A stretch of DNA of 64,000 nt from a phage. Below the pieces are notes generated by a model. The model did not search any database, was not told the DNA's origin, and worked only from the letters and a program-made list of their open reading frames with translations. Each line of letters opens with the position of its first letter. Position 1 is the stretch's first letter. The position numbers were made by a program, and so were the translations under genes. The stretch lies in sequence record PZ154895.1. One strand, 5' to 3'. This document shows positions 1 to 13,022 of this stretch, piece after piece.

Positions 1-21
1 TTGTTGACGAAAACAATGTAG

Positions 22-324
22 ATGAAATCATTGAACTTTTGCGAAAAACTTTTAAGGCCTAATATGACTAAAGATGATTTCCTGGATGCGGTAGAAAAAG
101 CTAGTGAGAAATTTGAAGTGATGGGTGTACGGGTCCATAAAGACAGAAATTACGGGCTCGATATTCAAACGTATTCGTTATGGCTTGTGGGTGAACACAG
201 TCTTGTAACCAGTTTAGTTATGGGTGTCGATACCTATCCTCTATTGGTTAAGTTCAGAAGTATGGAAAAGGCTACTAAAGAAATGATTAAGCTTGGTAAG
301 TGGCTCGATAAAATTCAAAAATAA
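22..324 (+). CDS. hypothetical small protein (100 aa)
   Basis: ORF in early-gene orientation upstream of frd; no recognisable motif. Confidence 0.4.
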   Translation: MKSLNFCEKLLRPNMTKDDFLDAVEKASEKFEVMGVRVHKDRNYGLDIQTYSLWLVGEHSLVTSLVMGVDTYPLLVKFRSMEKATKEMIKLGKWLDKIQK

Positions 325-624
325 TTGTTTACAACAGGCTATGGTAGTGATACTATAGCCTTATCAACTAAGGAGAATAAAATGAGATTACAACGCCAGA
401 GCATCAAAGATTCAGAAGTTAGAGGTAAATGGTATTTTAATATCATCGGTAAAGATTCTGAGCTTGTTGAAAAAGCTGAACACCTTTTACGTGATATGGG
501 ATGGGAAGATGAATGCGATGGATGTCCTCTTTATGAAGACGGAGAAAGCGCAGGATTCTGGATTTACCATTCTGACGTTGAACAGTTTAAAGCTGATTGG
601 AAAATTGTGAAAAAGTCTGTTTAA
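325..624 (+). CDS. hypothetical small protein (99 aa)
   Basis: ORF preceded by AGGAG-like RBS and an early-type promoter at 327-356; Cys-rich C-terminal part (C-x2-C). Confidence 0.45.
   Translation: MFTTGYGSDTIALSTKENKMRLQRQSIKDSEVRGKWYFNIIGKDSELVEKAEHLLRDMGWEDECDGCPLYEDGESAGFWIYHSDVEQFKADWKIVKKSV
327..361 (+). promoter_or_regulatory. early-type sigma70 promoter (GTTTAC -35, tactat -10) embedded in inverted repeat aggctat/atagcct
   Basis: gtttac at 327-332, -10-like at 351-356, 7-bp inverted repeat 336-342/355-361. Confidence 0.4.
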
Positions 625-634
625 GGAAAATAAT

Positions 635-1461
<827 letters not shown>

Positions 1462-1469
1462 AATAACGC

Positions 1470-1829
1470 ATGGCGGAAAATATGAACTTTAATTATTACC
1501 CTATTCTATTAGAAAAAGACGCGAAACAACCAAAATGGCAGGGTCCTCAGTTTATTAAAGGCGTCTATCAATTAGTAGTTCCTAAAGACAAGATTTATAG
1601 CAGTTGTTTCACTGAATCCGCTTGTAGTATTTTCGGTAATAGTTCTCCGTATTGGAATTTTGATATAAAACTAGATAGAAATATCGATATTTGGTTGAAA
1701 GCTATGGATATTGGCAATATCACGTTTGATGAGAATAATTATCATATTATTGGTCGTTTTTCCAAACGTGGTAAAGAATTATATTTCACGCCTGAAATTG
1801 AAAGAAAATTTGATGCTAAACCGTATTGA
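1470..1829 (+). CDS. hypothetical protein (119 aa) occupying an insertion between frd and td
   Basis: ORF lies between frd stop and td start; no recognisable motif; start could also be the ATG at 1482. Confidence 0.5.
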   Translation: MAENMNFNYYPILLEKDAKQPKWQGPQFIKGVYQLVVPKDKIYSSCFTESACSIFGNSSPYWNFDIKLDRNIDIWLKAMDIGNITFDENNYHIIGRFSKRGKELYFTPEIERKFDAKPY

Positions 1830-1833
1830 TTAT

Positions 1834-1858
1834 TTAGCTTCATAAAATGTATTATAAT
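1834..1858 (+). promoter_or_regulatory. putative promoter for td (MotA-box-like tagcttca plus tataat -10)
   Basis: tagcttca 1834-1841, tataat 1853-1858, about 12 bp apart, 17 bp upstream of td ATG. Confidence 0.3.
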
Positions 1859-1874
1859 TTATATAAGGTACTAA

Positions 1875-2735
1875 ATGAAACAATACCAAGATTTAATTAA
1901 AGACATTTTTGAAAATGGCTATGAAACCGATGACCGAACAGGCATAGGAACAATTGCTTTGTTCGGTACTAAATTACGCTGGGATTTAACTAAAGGTTTT
2001 CCTGCAGTAACGACTAAGAAGCTCGCCTGGAAAGCTTGCATTGCTGAGCTCCTTTGGTTTTTATCAGGAAGCACAAATGTTAATGATTTACGATTAATTC
2101 AACATGATTCATTAATTCAAGGCAAAACAGTCTGGGATGAAAATTACGAAAATCAAGCAAAAGATTTAGGATATCATAGTGGTGAACTTGGTCCAATTTA
2201 TGGAAAACAGTGGCGTGATTTTGGTGGTGTAGACCAAATTGTAGAAGTTATTAATCGTATTAAAAAACTACCAAATGATAGGCGACAAATTGTTTCTGCA
2301 TGGAATCCAGCTGAACTTAAATATATGGCATTACCGCCTTGTCATATGTTCTATCAGTTTAATGTGCGTAATGGCTATTTGGATTTGCAGTGGTATCAAC
2401 GTTCGGTAGATGTTTTTCTTGGTCTTCCATTTAATATTGCATCATATGCTGCGTTAGTTCATATTGTAGCTAAGATGTGTAATCTTATTCCAGGAGATTT
2501 GATATTTTCTGGCGGTAATACTCATATCTATATGAATCACGTAGAACAATGTAAAGAAATTTTGCGTCGTGAACCTATGGATTTGTGCGAATTACAATTA
2601 AAATTTCCAGATGAATTTGATGAATGGGACACAGAATCTCAGGTATTTTGGTTGAGTCAATTCGCAAAGCCGCATAATTTTGTTCTTAACAACTATGTAT
2701 CTCATCCGCCAATTAAAGGAAAAATGGCGGTGTAA
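1875..2735 (+). CDS. td: thymidylate synthase (uninterrupted, no intron)
   Basis: 286 aa continuous ORF; MKQYQDLIKDIFENGYETDDRTGIGT... recognised as T4-type TS; active-site region PPCH present. Confidence 0.93.
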   Translation: MKQYQDLIKDIFENGYETDDRTGIGTIALFGTKLRWDLTKGFPAVTTKKLAWKACIAELLWFLSGSTNVNDLRLIQHDSLIQGKTVWDENYENQAKDLGYHSGELGPIYGKQWRDFGGVDQIVEVINRIKKLPNDRRQIVSAWNPAELKYMALPPCHMFYQFNVRNGYLDLQWYQRSVDVFLGLPFNIASYAALVHIVAKMCNLIPGDLIFSGGNTHIYMNHVEQCKEILRREPMDLCELQLKFPDEFDEWDTESQVFWLSQFAKPHNFVLNNYVSHPPIKGKMAV

Positions 2736-2758
2736 TTAATTATTAATTGTGAGGATAT

Positions 2759-3022
2759 ATGATTTTACGATTTAAAGATACTTCTGGTGTCGTTCTTTTT
2801 ACACTTCCTAATCCAAGCGAGTTAGAAGTTCCAGGACCAGAACAGCCTATTATCATTTATGGCAAAAAATATTATACTCATAAAATGACTCGTGAGTATT
2901 TTGATAATAAAATTTCCACAGTTAAAACTTCTTCTGATTGCTATTATGATATTACTGTTTTAACGGAAAAACAATATGACGAACTATTACCGCGCGGGCC
3001 GTCTATGCCGGGTAGTGAATAA
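2759..3022 (+). CDS. hypothetical small protein (87 aa)
   Basis: ORF with GAGGA RBS between td and nrdA. Confidence 0.45.
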   Translation: MILRFKDTSGVVLFTLPNPSELEVPGPEQPIIIYGKKYYTHKMTREYFDNKISTVKTSSDCYYDITVLTEKQYDELLPRGPSMPGSE

Positions 3023-3302
3023 ATATAAATCCGACTTTGATGTTAATATTCACCGTGGTACATTTTGGGGAAATTACGTCGGTAAAGATGCTGGCAGCCG
3101 GGAGGCTGCCATTGAATTATTCAAAAAAGATTTTATACGTCGAATTAAATCCGGAGAAATAACTAAAGCACATTTAGAGCCTTTGCGTGGAATGAGGCTA
3201 GGATGCACATGTAAACCAAAGCCATGTCATGGTGATATAATAGCTCATATAGTTAACCGATTGTTTAAAGACGATTTTCAAGTTGAGGACTTATGCAATT
3301 AA
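2976..3302 (+). CDS. hypothetical protein with C-x-C-x5-C-H cluster (DUF4326-like, from memory)
   Basis: 108 aa; GNYVG ... [13 protein letters not shown] motif; overlaps neighbours at both ends. Confidence 0.5.
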   Translation: MTNYYRAGRLCRVVNKYKSDFDVNIHRGTFWGNYVGKDAGSREAAIELFKKDFIRRIKSGEITKAHLEPLRGMRLGCTCKPKPCHGDIIAHIVNRLFKDDFQVEDLCN

Positions 3303-5557
3303 TTAATGTTATCAAAAGTAGTGGTGTTTCTCAGAGCTTTGACCCGCAAAAAATTATTAAAGTTTTATCTTGGGCAGCTGAAGGAACATCTGTAGATCCT
3401 TATGAATTATATGAAAATATTAAATCATATCTCCGTGATGGAATGACAACTGATGACATTCAAACCATTGTAATTAAGGCTGCTGCGAATTCTATTTCGG
3501 TTGAAGAGCCTGATTATCAATACGTAGCTGCACGGTGTTTAATGTTTGCTCTTCGTAAGCATGTTTACGGACAATATGAACCACGTTCATTTATTGACCA
3601 TATTTCTTACTGTGTAAATGAAGGTAAATATGACCCTGAACTGCTGTCAAAATATTCAGCAGAAGAAATTACATTTTTAGAATCAAAAATTAAGCACGAG
3701 CGGGATATGGAATTTACTTATTCCGGGGCGATGCAATTAAAAGAAAAATATCTCGTTAAAGATAAAACCACTGGTCAAATTTATGAAACTCCGCAGTTTG
3801 CATTTATGACTATTGGAATGGCATTGCATCAAGATGAACCTGTTGATAGATTAAAACACGTTATTCGTTTTTATGAAGCAGTATCTACTCGACAGATTTC
3901 ATTACCAACTCCTATTATGGCTGGTTGTCGTACTCCAACTCGACAGTTTAGTTCATGCGTTGTTATTGAAGCAGGTGATTCGCTGAAGTCTATCAATAAG
4001 GCTTCTGCTTCAATTGTTGAGTATATTTCTAAACGAGCTGGAATTGGCATTAACGTTGGTATGATTCGTGCTGAAGGTTCTAAGATTGGCACAGGTGAAG
4101 TACGTCATACTGGTGTTATTCCTTTTTGGAAACATTTTCAGACTGCTGTTAAATCATGCTCACAGGGTGGAATTCGTGGCGGCGCTGCTACTGCTTATTA
4201 TCCTATTTGGCATTTGGAAGTTGAAAATCTTCTCGTTTTGAAAAATAACAAAGGCGTAGAAGAAAACCGTATTCGTCATATGGATTATGGCGTCCAGCTG
4301 AATGACCTAATGATGGAACGTTTTGGAAAGAACGATTACATTACTTTGTTTAGTCCGCATGAAATGGGTGGCGAACTTTATTATTCTTATTTTAAAGACC
4401 AAGACCGTTTCCGTGAATTATACGAAGCCGCAGAAAAAGACCCTAATATTCGTAAAAAGCGTATTAAAGCCCGTGAACTGTTTGAATTGCTCATGACTGA
4501 ACGCTCAGGAACAGCAAGGATTTATGTGCAGTTCATTGATAATACGAATAACTATACTCCGTTTATTCGTGAAAAGGCACCTATTCGTCAGAGCAACTTG
4601 TGTTGTGAAATTGCTATTCCAACAAATGATGTGAATAGTCCTGATGCCGAAATTGGATTGTGCACGTTATCTGCATTTGTGTTGGATAACTTCGATTGGC
4701 AAGACCAAGATAAAATTAATGAATTAGCAGAAGTTCAAGTTCGTGCTCTTGATAATCTTTTGGATTACCAAGGATATCCAGTTCCTGAAGCAGAAAAAGC
4801 TAAAAAGCGTCGAAATCTTGGTGTAGGTGTTACTAACTATGCAGCTTGGCTGGCAAGTAACTTTGCTTCTTATGAAGATGCTAACGATTTAACACATGAA
4901 CTATTTGAGAGACTACAGTATGGACTCATTAAAGCATCCATTAAGCTCGCCAAAGAAAAAGGACCTTGCGAATATTATTCAGACACTCGTTGGTCTCGAG
5001 GCGAATTACCTATCGACTGGTACAATAAAAAGATTGACCAAATCGCAGCTCCAAAATACGTTTGTGACTGGTCGTCGCTGCGGGAAGACCTTAAGCTCTT
5101 TGGCATCCGTAATAGCACATTATCAGCACTTATGCCATGTGAGTCATCTTCCCAAGTTTCTAACAGTACAAACGGTATCGAGCCTCCACGTGGACCAGTC
5201 TCGGTTAAAGAATCAAAAGAGGGTTCCTTTAATCAAGTCGTGCCCAATATTGAACATAACATAGACCTATATGATTATACATGGAAATTAGCTAAGAAAG
5301 GTAATAAACCTTATCTTACGCAAGTAGCTATTATGCTTAAATGGGTATGTCAATCAGCTTCAGCAAATACATATTATGACCCGCAGATTTTTCCAAAAGG
5401 AAAGGTTCCAATGTCAATAATGATTGATGACATGCTATACGGATGGTATTATGGCATTAAAAACTTCTATTATCATAATACTCGTGATGGTTCCGGTACT
5501 GATGATTACGAAATAGAAACTCCAAAAGCCGATGATTGCGCAGCGTGTAAATTGTAA
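3293..5557 (+). CDS. nrdA: aerobic ribonucleotide reductase large subunit
   Basis: 754 aa, same length as T4 NrdA; ATP-cone-like N-terminus; class I RNR large subunit context with nrdB downstream. Confidence 0.93.
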   Translation: MQLINVIKSSGVSQSFDPQKIIKVLSWAAEGTSVDPYELYENIKSYLRDGMTTDDIQTIVIKAAANSISVEEPDYQYVAARCLMFALRKHVYGQYEPRSFIDHISYCVNEGKYDPELLSKYSAEEITFLESKIKHERDMEFTYSGAMQLKEKYLVKDKTTGQIYETPQFAFMTIGMALHQDEPVDRLKHVIRFYEAVSTRQISLPTPIMAGCRTPTRQFSSCVVIEAGDSLKSINKASASIVEYISKRAGIGINVGMIRAEGSKIGTGEVRHTGVIPFWKHFQTAVKSCSQGGIRGGAATAYYPIWHLEVENLLVLKNNKGVEENRIRHMDYGVQLNDLMMERFGKNDYITLFSPHEMGGELYYSYFKDQDRFRELYEAAEKDPNIRKKRIKARELFELLMTERSGTARIYVQFIDNTNNYTPFIREKAPIRQSNLCCEIAIPTNDVNSPDAEIGLCTLSAFVLDNFDWQDQDKINELAEVQVRALDNLLDYQGYPVPEAEKAKKRRNLGVGVTNYAAWLASNFASYEDANDLTHELFERLQYGLIKASIKLAKEKGPCEYYSDTRWSRGELPIDWYNKKIDQIAAPKYVCDWSSLREDLKLFGIRNSTLSALMPCESSSQVSNSTNGIEPPRGPVSVKESKEGSFNQVVPNIEHNIDLYDYTWKLAKKGNKPYLTQVAIMLKWVCQSASANTYYDPQIFPKGKVPMSIMIDDMLYGWYYGIKNFYYHNTRDGSGTDDYEIETPKADDCAACKL

Positions 5558-6288
5558 TGAATTATCAAAAAATCTATAACGACCTAATTTCCCGAGCTCA
5601 GGCTCGGGAATCTTTATCAGAATATAAAGAGACACATCATATAATCCCTAGATGTATGGGAGGTTCTGATGATAAGGAAAATTTAGTTGAATTAACAGCC
5701 AGAGAACATTTTATAGCTCATCTACTACTATGTAAGATAAATGAAGGCCATTTTGGGCTTGCCTCTGCGTTAACGTTAATGGCAACAGATAAAGCTGGCA
5801 ATAGAATTAATAACAGATTGTACAGCTTACACAGAAAATTATTTGCTAAAGCTAATTCTGAGTTCTTTAAGAAATATTGGAAAAATAATCCTCATCCTAA
5901 AGGAATGTTAGGCAAGCACCATAAAAACGAAACTAAAGAGCATGTATCAAACGTGAATAGATATGCATGCCCATCTATAGAAATACATAAATTCTCATTA
6001 GATGGGGATTTCATAGAAACCTTTCACTCTATTGCGGCAGCGTCCCGGTCAGTTAATGGAAACGGGTCAAATATCAAATATTGTGCCGAGGGTAAATTTC
6101 AATATGCTTATGGATTTAGATGGTCATATCAACTTGATGCAAAGTTTGACAAAATAAAACCAAGAGATTATAAAGGAATCCGCGGTAAGAAATGGATTAA
6201 TAATGGAAGTGAATGCACGCTTATAGGTAAAGATGATATTATACCGCCAGGTTGGAATCACGGCAGAATTTTAAAGAGGAAAAATTAA
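5557..6288 (+). CDS. mobE: HNH homing endonuclease between nrdA and nrdB
   Basis: 243 aa; HNH motif HHIIPRCMGGSDDKENLVELTAREH; position matches T4 mobE between nrdA and nrdB. Confidence 0.75.
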   Translation: MNYQKIYNDLISRAQARESLSEYKETHHIIPRCMGGSDDKENLVELTAREHFIAHLLLCKINEGHFGLASALTLMATDKAGNRINNRLYSLHRKLFAKANSEFFKKYWKNNPHPKGMLGKHHKNETKEHVSNVNRYACPSIEIHKFSLDGDFIETFHSIAAASRSVNGNGSNIKYCAEGKFQYAYGFRWSYQLDAKFDKIKPRDYKGIRGKKWINNGSECTLIGKDDIIPPGWNHGRILKRKN

Positions 6289-7466
6289 TGTCTACAGTTT
6301 TTAATACAAATCCAGTTGATGTTTTAAAAGAACCTATGTTCTTCGGTTCAGGTCTTGGTATTGCGCGTTATGATATTCAACGTCATAAAGTTTTTGAAGA
6401 TTTAACCGAAAAGCAGTTGTCATTTTTCTGGCGTCCTGAAGAAGTAAACTTGATGATGGATGCTGCACAATTTAACAAGCTTCCTCAGTATCAGCAAGAT
6501 ATTTTTACTAATAACCTGAAGTATCAATCACTTCTAGATAGCATTCAGGGTCGTGCACCGTCTGCAGTACTTATGTCATTAATTTCAGACCCAAGTCTTG
6601 ATACATGGGTTGCTACATGGACTTTTAGTGAAACTATTCACAGTCGTTCATATACTCATATCATGCGAAATCTTTATACTGACCCATCAAAGGTATTTGA
6701 TGAGATTGTATTAGATAAAGCTATTATGAAACGTGCCGAGTCCATTGGTCGCTATTACGATGATGTTCTTAAGAAGACCCGTGAATGGGAAAATGCTAAA
6801 GAATTTGTAGAACTAGCTAAAGAATCTCCTGATGCTGATTTTCGTTTAAATCGAGCTATTAAACAAGAAGCCGAAGCTAAACGAGCGCTAATGAAATCTC
6901 TTTACCTCTGCTTGCATGTAATCAACGCATTGGAAGCTATTCGTTTTTATGTATCTTTCGCATGTACCTTTAACTTCCATAAGAACATGGAAATCATGGA
7001 AGGTAATGCCAAGATTATGAAGTTCATTGCGCGTGATGAGCAACTTCACCTTAAAGGCACCCAATATATTATTCGTCAACTTCAACTTGGCACTGATGGT
7101 GATGAATGGGTTAAAATTGCCCAAGAGTGTGAACAAGAAGCAGTTGATATTTTCATGGAAGTTAACCGTCAAGAAAAAGACTGGGCAGTTCATTTATTTA
7201 AAGATGGTGATGTTCCTGGATTAAATACAAATAGCATGTGGAGCTTTATTGATTACTTAACTGTATCTCGTATGAAACAGTGCGGTCTTCCATGCCCAAT
7301 TACCGATGCTCCGGTTAAACATCCGTATCCTTGGATTCGTGAATACCTTAATTCTGATAATGTTCAATCCGCGCCGCAAGAAGTAGAACTGTCATCTTAC
7401 CTTGTAGCACAGATTGATAATGATGTTGATGATAAAGTTATGATGAGTTTTAAAAAATATTTTTAA
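6288..7466 (+). CDS. nrdB: aerobic ribonucleotide reductase small subunit (uninterrupted, no intron)
   Basis: 392 aa from ATG at 6288 (MSTVFNTNPVD...); start overlaps mobE stop (TAATG); recognised as T4-type NrdB. Confidence 0.9.
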   Translation: MSTVFNTNPVDVLKEPMFFGSGLGIARYDIQRHKVFEDLTEKQLSFFWRPEEVNLMMDAAQFNKLPQYQQDIFTNNLKYQSLLDSIQGRAPSAVLMSLISDPSLDTWVATWTFSETIHSRSYTHIMRNLYTDPSKVFDEIVLDKAIMKRAESIGRYYDDVLKKTREWENAKEFVELAKESPDADFRLNRAIKQEAEAKRALMKSLYLCLHVINALEAIRFYVSFACTFNFHKNMEIMEGNAKIMKFIARDEQLHLKGTQYIIRQLQLGTDGDEWVKIAQECEQEAVDIFMEVNRQEKDWAVHLFKDGDVPGLNTNSMWSFIDYLTVSRMKQCGLPCPITDAPVKHPYPWIREYLNSDNVQSAPQEVELSSYLVAQIDNDVDDKVMMSFKKYF

Positions 7467-7471
7467 GGAGT

Positions 7472-7491
7472 GGGCCGCAAGGCCCATTTTA
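7472..7491 (+). terminator. rho-independent terminator after nrdB
   Basis: hairpin gggccgcaaggccc followed by atttt. Confidence 0.6.
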
Positions 7492-7493
7492 TT

Positions 7494-9081
<1,588 letters not shown>

Positions 9082-9083
9082 GC

Positions 9084-9140
9084 TGTTTACAAGTCCCTCG
9101 TGTTGTGTTATAGTAGTCTTACTGACATAACATGAGGACT
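9084..9140 (+). repeat. promoter/leader direct repeat copy A (~57 bp, ~90 percent identical to 24139-24195)
   Basis: gtttacaagtccctcgtgttgtgttatagtagtcttactgacataacatgagga versus copy at 24140. Confidence 0.85.
9085..9114 (+). promoter_or_regulatory. early-type promoter (GTTTAC -35, tatagt -10, 18-bp spacer)
   Basis: gtttac 9085-9090, tatagt 9109-9114. Confidence 0.55.
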
Positions 9141-9145
9141 TTATG

Positions 9146-9649
9146 ATGGATTTACAGCTTATTACTACTGAAATGGTCGTTGAAGCATACGGTGATACTA
9201 CAGATGGGATTTCTGTATTTAAAGGAAATCGTCGAGTTGGATATATCACCGATCTTAAGAAAGATTTAGCTAAGCAAGTCAAGCGGAAAACGACCATCAA
9301 AGAATATCGAAATCGTCGTCTTGAGCAAGCCCGTGATATGCTTCCTGATGCGGTTGAGGAGATGAAAGTCTTTTTAGAAAATCAGCTTGCGAAATATGAT
9401 TGTGATGTGTTCATTAATCAGACTCAACCTAATGTTCATATCAATAACTGTAAATGCTACATCATCGTTAATCCTTTGACGGGAAAACATCGTCTTGGAA
9501 TTAGTAATCCAAATCGTAGTGCATCAGATATGGCAGAAGATGTTGAGGCATGCTTTAAAATTTCTAAATCTCCGGCTGAACATCATATTTTAATTAACGG
9601 TCTTTCTCAAGACGATATTGTAGAGGTTATTAAAACTTTATGCATGTAA
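9146..9649 (+). CDS. hypothetical protein, possibly Alc by position and length (167 aa)
   Basis: ORF between rnlA and pseT block; identity inferred from synteny only. Confidence 0.5.
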   Translation: MDLQLITTEMVVEAYGDTTDGISVFKGNRRVGYITDLKKDLAKQVKRKTTIKEYRNRRLEQARDMLPDAVEEMKVFLENQLAKYDCDVFINQTQPNVHINNCKCYIIVNPLTGKHRLGISNPNRSASDMAEDVEACFKISKSPAEHHILINGLSQDDIVEVIKTLCM

Positions 9650-9993
9650 GTAATTTTACAGCTGGATTGCTATTACTTGTGATAGCATTTGGCGGAACAT
9701 CTATTATTTTAAAAAATAAGGTAGAAAGATTAGAAACATCGGTTACTGAAATTACAAAAACAGCCAATGAAAACGCTTTAGCATTAGATAATTTGCGAAT
9801 TCAGTATAATTATATTGATGCGATGAATAATAAAAATCGTGAGGCAATTGCTGCTATTGAGCGTGAAAATGAAAAACTGCGCAAAGATGCAAAGAAGGCG
9901 GATGTGGTGGCTCATAAGCCAGGATTGGTTGAAAAACAAATCAACAACTCCTTCAACAAGTTCGCAGAAGACATCCAGGACCTTTCTAAATGA
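9640..9993 (+). CDS. i-spanin (inner-membrane spanin subunit)
   Basis: 117 aa; N-terminal TM helix LLLLVIAFGGTSIIL then coiled-coil-like region; followed by lipoprotein ORF. Confidence 0.7.
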   Translation: MHVSNFTAGLLLLVIAFGGTSIILKNKVERLETSVTEITKTANENALALDNLRIQYNYIDAMNNKNREAIAAIERENEKLRKDAKKADVVAHKPGLVEKQINNSFNKFAEDIQDLSK

Positions 9994-10289
9994 TTAAACT
10001 ATCAGCAGTAATATTATCTATCGGTCTTCTAGTTGGTTGTTCGACAAAGCCTCTAGAAGTAAAGAAAGAAACAGTTCATCCTAATTGGCCTGTGCAAATA
10101 AAGTCATATGATGAAGCTAAACTATCTTGGCAAGTTAAAGTTATTGATGGTAAAGCTTGGGTCGGTATGCCATTTGAAGATTCCCAGGAATTTCGTATTT
10201 GGCTTAATGATGTAAAACGATATGTACATGACCAAAAAACTATGATATGTTATTATCGTCAAGAGCTAAAAGAGGATAAATGTAAATGA
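9990..10289 (+). CDS. o-spanin (outer-membrane lipoprotein spanin subunit)
   Basis: 99 aa; signal peptide with lipobox LLVGC; C-terminal Cys residues. Confidence 0.7.
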   Translation: MIKLSAVILSIGLLVGCSTKPLEVKKETVHPNWPVQIKSYDEAKLSWQVKVIDGKAWVGMPFEDSQEFRIWLNDVKRYVHDQKTMICYYRQELKEDKCK

Positions 10290-10512
10290 TTTCATGGCAT
10301 CAATTTGAACATCTCAAAGGATTGATTTATGAATCTGAGATGGCTGCAATGATTTATGGACGCCAGATTCAACGATTAGAATCTTTACCTCCAACTAATG
10401 ATGTTTTATTAGCTCAATCACGTGCTAATCTTAAAAATGAATACCAAAATAAGTGGGGTAAAGCATCTAAAGACCTGCATGATTATATTCAATCATTGGT
10501 TGAGAAAAATAA

Positions 10513-10516
<4 letters not shown>
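10286..10516 (+). CDS. hypothetical small protein (76 aa)
   Basis: translationally coupled ORF (ATGA overlap). Confidence 0.45.
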
Positions 10517-11719
<1,203 letters not shown>

Positions 11720-11720
<1 letters not shown>

Positions 11721-11917
11721 TGGCGTGGCATCATGAAACTTGGTCTATTGTTATTGTAAATAGTGGTTTAGTTGGTACTAGTAATGGGCAATTTTGTATA
11801 TTCACTAGTGAAATCAGAGCTTGGGAGGAATGCCTTAAATTAAGAGAAAAGAATCCTGATGTTGAACTAACAGTAAAGAAAACTAAACTACCTTTACCAT
11901 GGAAAACTTATGAATAA
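11720..11917 (+). CDS. hypothetical small protein
   Basis: ORF starting at TAATG overlap with pseT stop. Confidence 0.4.
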
Positions 11918-12110
11918 CATAGAAAAGATTTATCGTCTTTGTGATAAGATTGAAAAAGAAAAGAAATATCTATTTTGTTTATGGCCTATTGTTGATGGAA
12001 GAGTAGGCTTAGATGTTCTTGATTATGAAACAGAAGACAAAGTAGATGGTTCAACTTTTGATAATGCGTTGGATGTTATTGATTGGCTTGAAGAAAATTA
12101 TGTGAGGTAA
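11910..12110 (+). CDS. hypothetical small protein (66 aa)
   Basis: ORF in cd-pseT interval. Confidence 0.4.
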   Translation: MNNIEKIYRLCDKIEKEKKYLFCLWPIVDGRVGLDVLDYETEDKVDGSTFDNALDVIDWLEENYVR

Positions 12111-12112
12111 AT

Positions 12113-12388
12113 ATGTTTCCGACTTATTCTAAAATCGTAGAAGTAGTGTTTAGCCAAATTATCGCTAATAATATGTTTGAAAAGCTTGATAACGCAGCCG
12201 AGCTTCGAATTCATGCTCAAGTGACTCATGTATTGAACACTTTGCTTCCAGACCAGGTTGATTCTATTGCCATTACGCTGTATCCAGGTTCCGCGCATAT
12301 CATTGTCGTATTTGGTCTTGATGCTGAGCTAGTCATCAAAGGCGATATTCGCTTTGAATCACAGACATCAGAATTCAAGGCAATTTAA
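12113..12388 (+). CDS. hypothetical small protein (91 aa)
   Basis: ORF with RBS. Confidence 0.45.
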   Translation: MFPTYSKIVEVVFSQIIANNMFEKLDNAAELRIHAQVTHVLNTLLPDQVDSIAITLYPGSAHIIVVFGLDAELVIKGDIRFESQTSEFKAI

Positions 12389-12390
12389 CA

Positions 12391-12429
12391 GTTTACTTTA
12401 TGGTAGAGTTGTGATATTATAGCTCTACC
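12391..12429 (+). promoter_or_regulatory. early-type promoter inside inverted repeat tggtagag/ctctacca
   Basis: gtttac 12391-12396, tattat 12415-12420, 8-bp inverted repeat 12401-12408/12423-12430. Confidence 0.5.
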
Positions 12430-12450
12430 AAAACAAATGAGGAAAACAAA

Positions 12451-12687
12451 ATGCTAAGTGAAAAACCAATTACTGTTAAAGAATTCCAAGAAAAAGTTAA
12501 ACTATTTGCACAGGAATTGGTAAATAAGGTTTCTGAACGATTTCCTGAAACATCGGTTCGTGTTATTACCGAAACTCCTCGTTCAGTATTAGTAATTGTG
12601 AATCCAGGTGATGGTGACCAAATAACACATCTCAAATTGGATTTTGATGGATTAGTTGAAGCACAAAGGGTGTATGGCGTACTATGA
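12451..12687 (+). CDS. hypothetical small protein (78 aa)
   Basis: ORF with GAGGAAAA RBS downstream of promoter. Confidence 0.5.
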   Translation: MLSEKPITVKEFQEKVKLFAQELVNKVSERFPETSVRVITETPRSVLVIVNPGDGDQITHLKLDFDGLVEAQRVYGVL

Positions 12688-13022
12688 TGAATTTAACTGA
12701 TATAATTGATAATTGTCTTGAAAATGATACTGGCGATCATAGAGCGCTTGATTCTGAAACAGCACAGTTCATTAAAGTTATTTTAATGAATGATACTTTA
12801 GTGAATAGTATTCATCCTTCTGTGTATGATGCTATTATTGTGACGAAGTATCCAGTTGAGCTTCACAAAAAGATGGCTGGTGCAATTTTTATTGATAAGA
12901 AAAACCGCTTTAAAGATGGGCAGAATATAATTAGTTCTGTTATTAAAAGTATAACTAAACTTCGTCACGAAATTTATCGTGTTGAAACTGCTAAATCTGC
13001 TTATCTGGTGATTATGAAATGA
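12684..13022 (+). CDS. hypothetical small protein (112 aa)
   Basis: ATGA-coupled ORF. Confidence 0.45.
   Translation: MMNLTDIIDNCLENDTGDHRALDSETAQFIKVILMNDTLVNSIHPSVYDAIIVTKYPVELHKKMAGAIFIDKKNRFKDGQNIISSVIKSITKLRHEIYRVETAKSAYLVIMK

Noticed and set aside
1875-2735. Possible group I intron in td
   Set aside because: The ORF is continuous at the full expected length (286 aa), with no interrupting stop and no intron-like structured insert.
3871-5264. Antisense and alternative-frame ORFs inside nrdA (3871-4092 -, 4896-5264 +)
   Set aside because: Fully embedded in a well-supported long gene; no start signals; typical spurious ORFs in AT-rich sequence.
6288-7466. Possible group I intron or intron-encoded endonuclease in nrdB
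   Set aside because: Continuous ORF of 392 aa with no interruption; the only endonuclease nearby is free-standing, upstream of nrdB.
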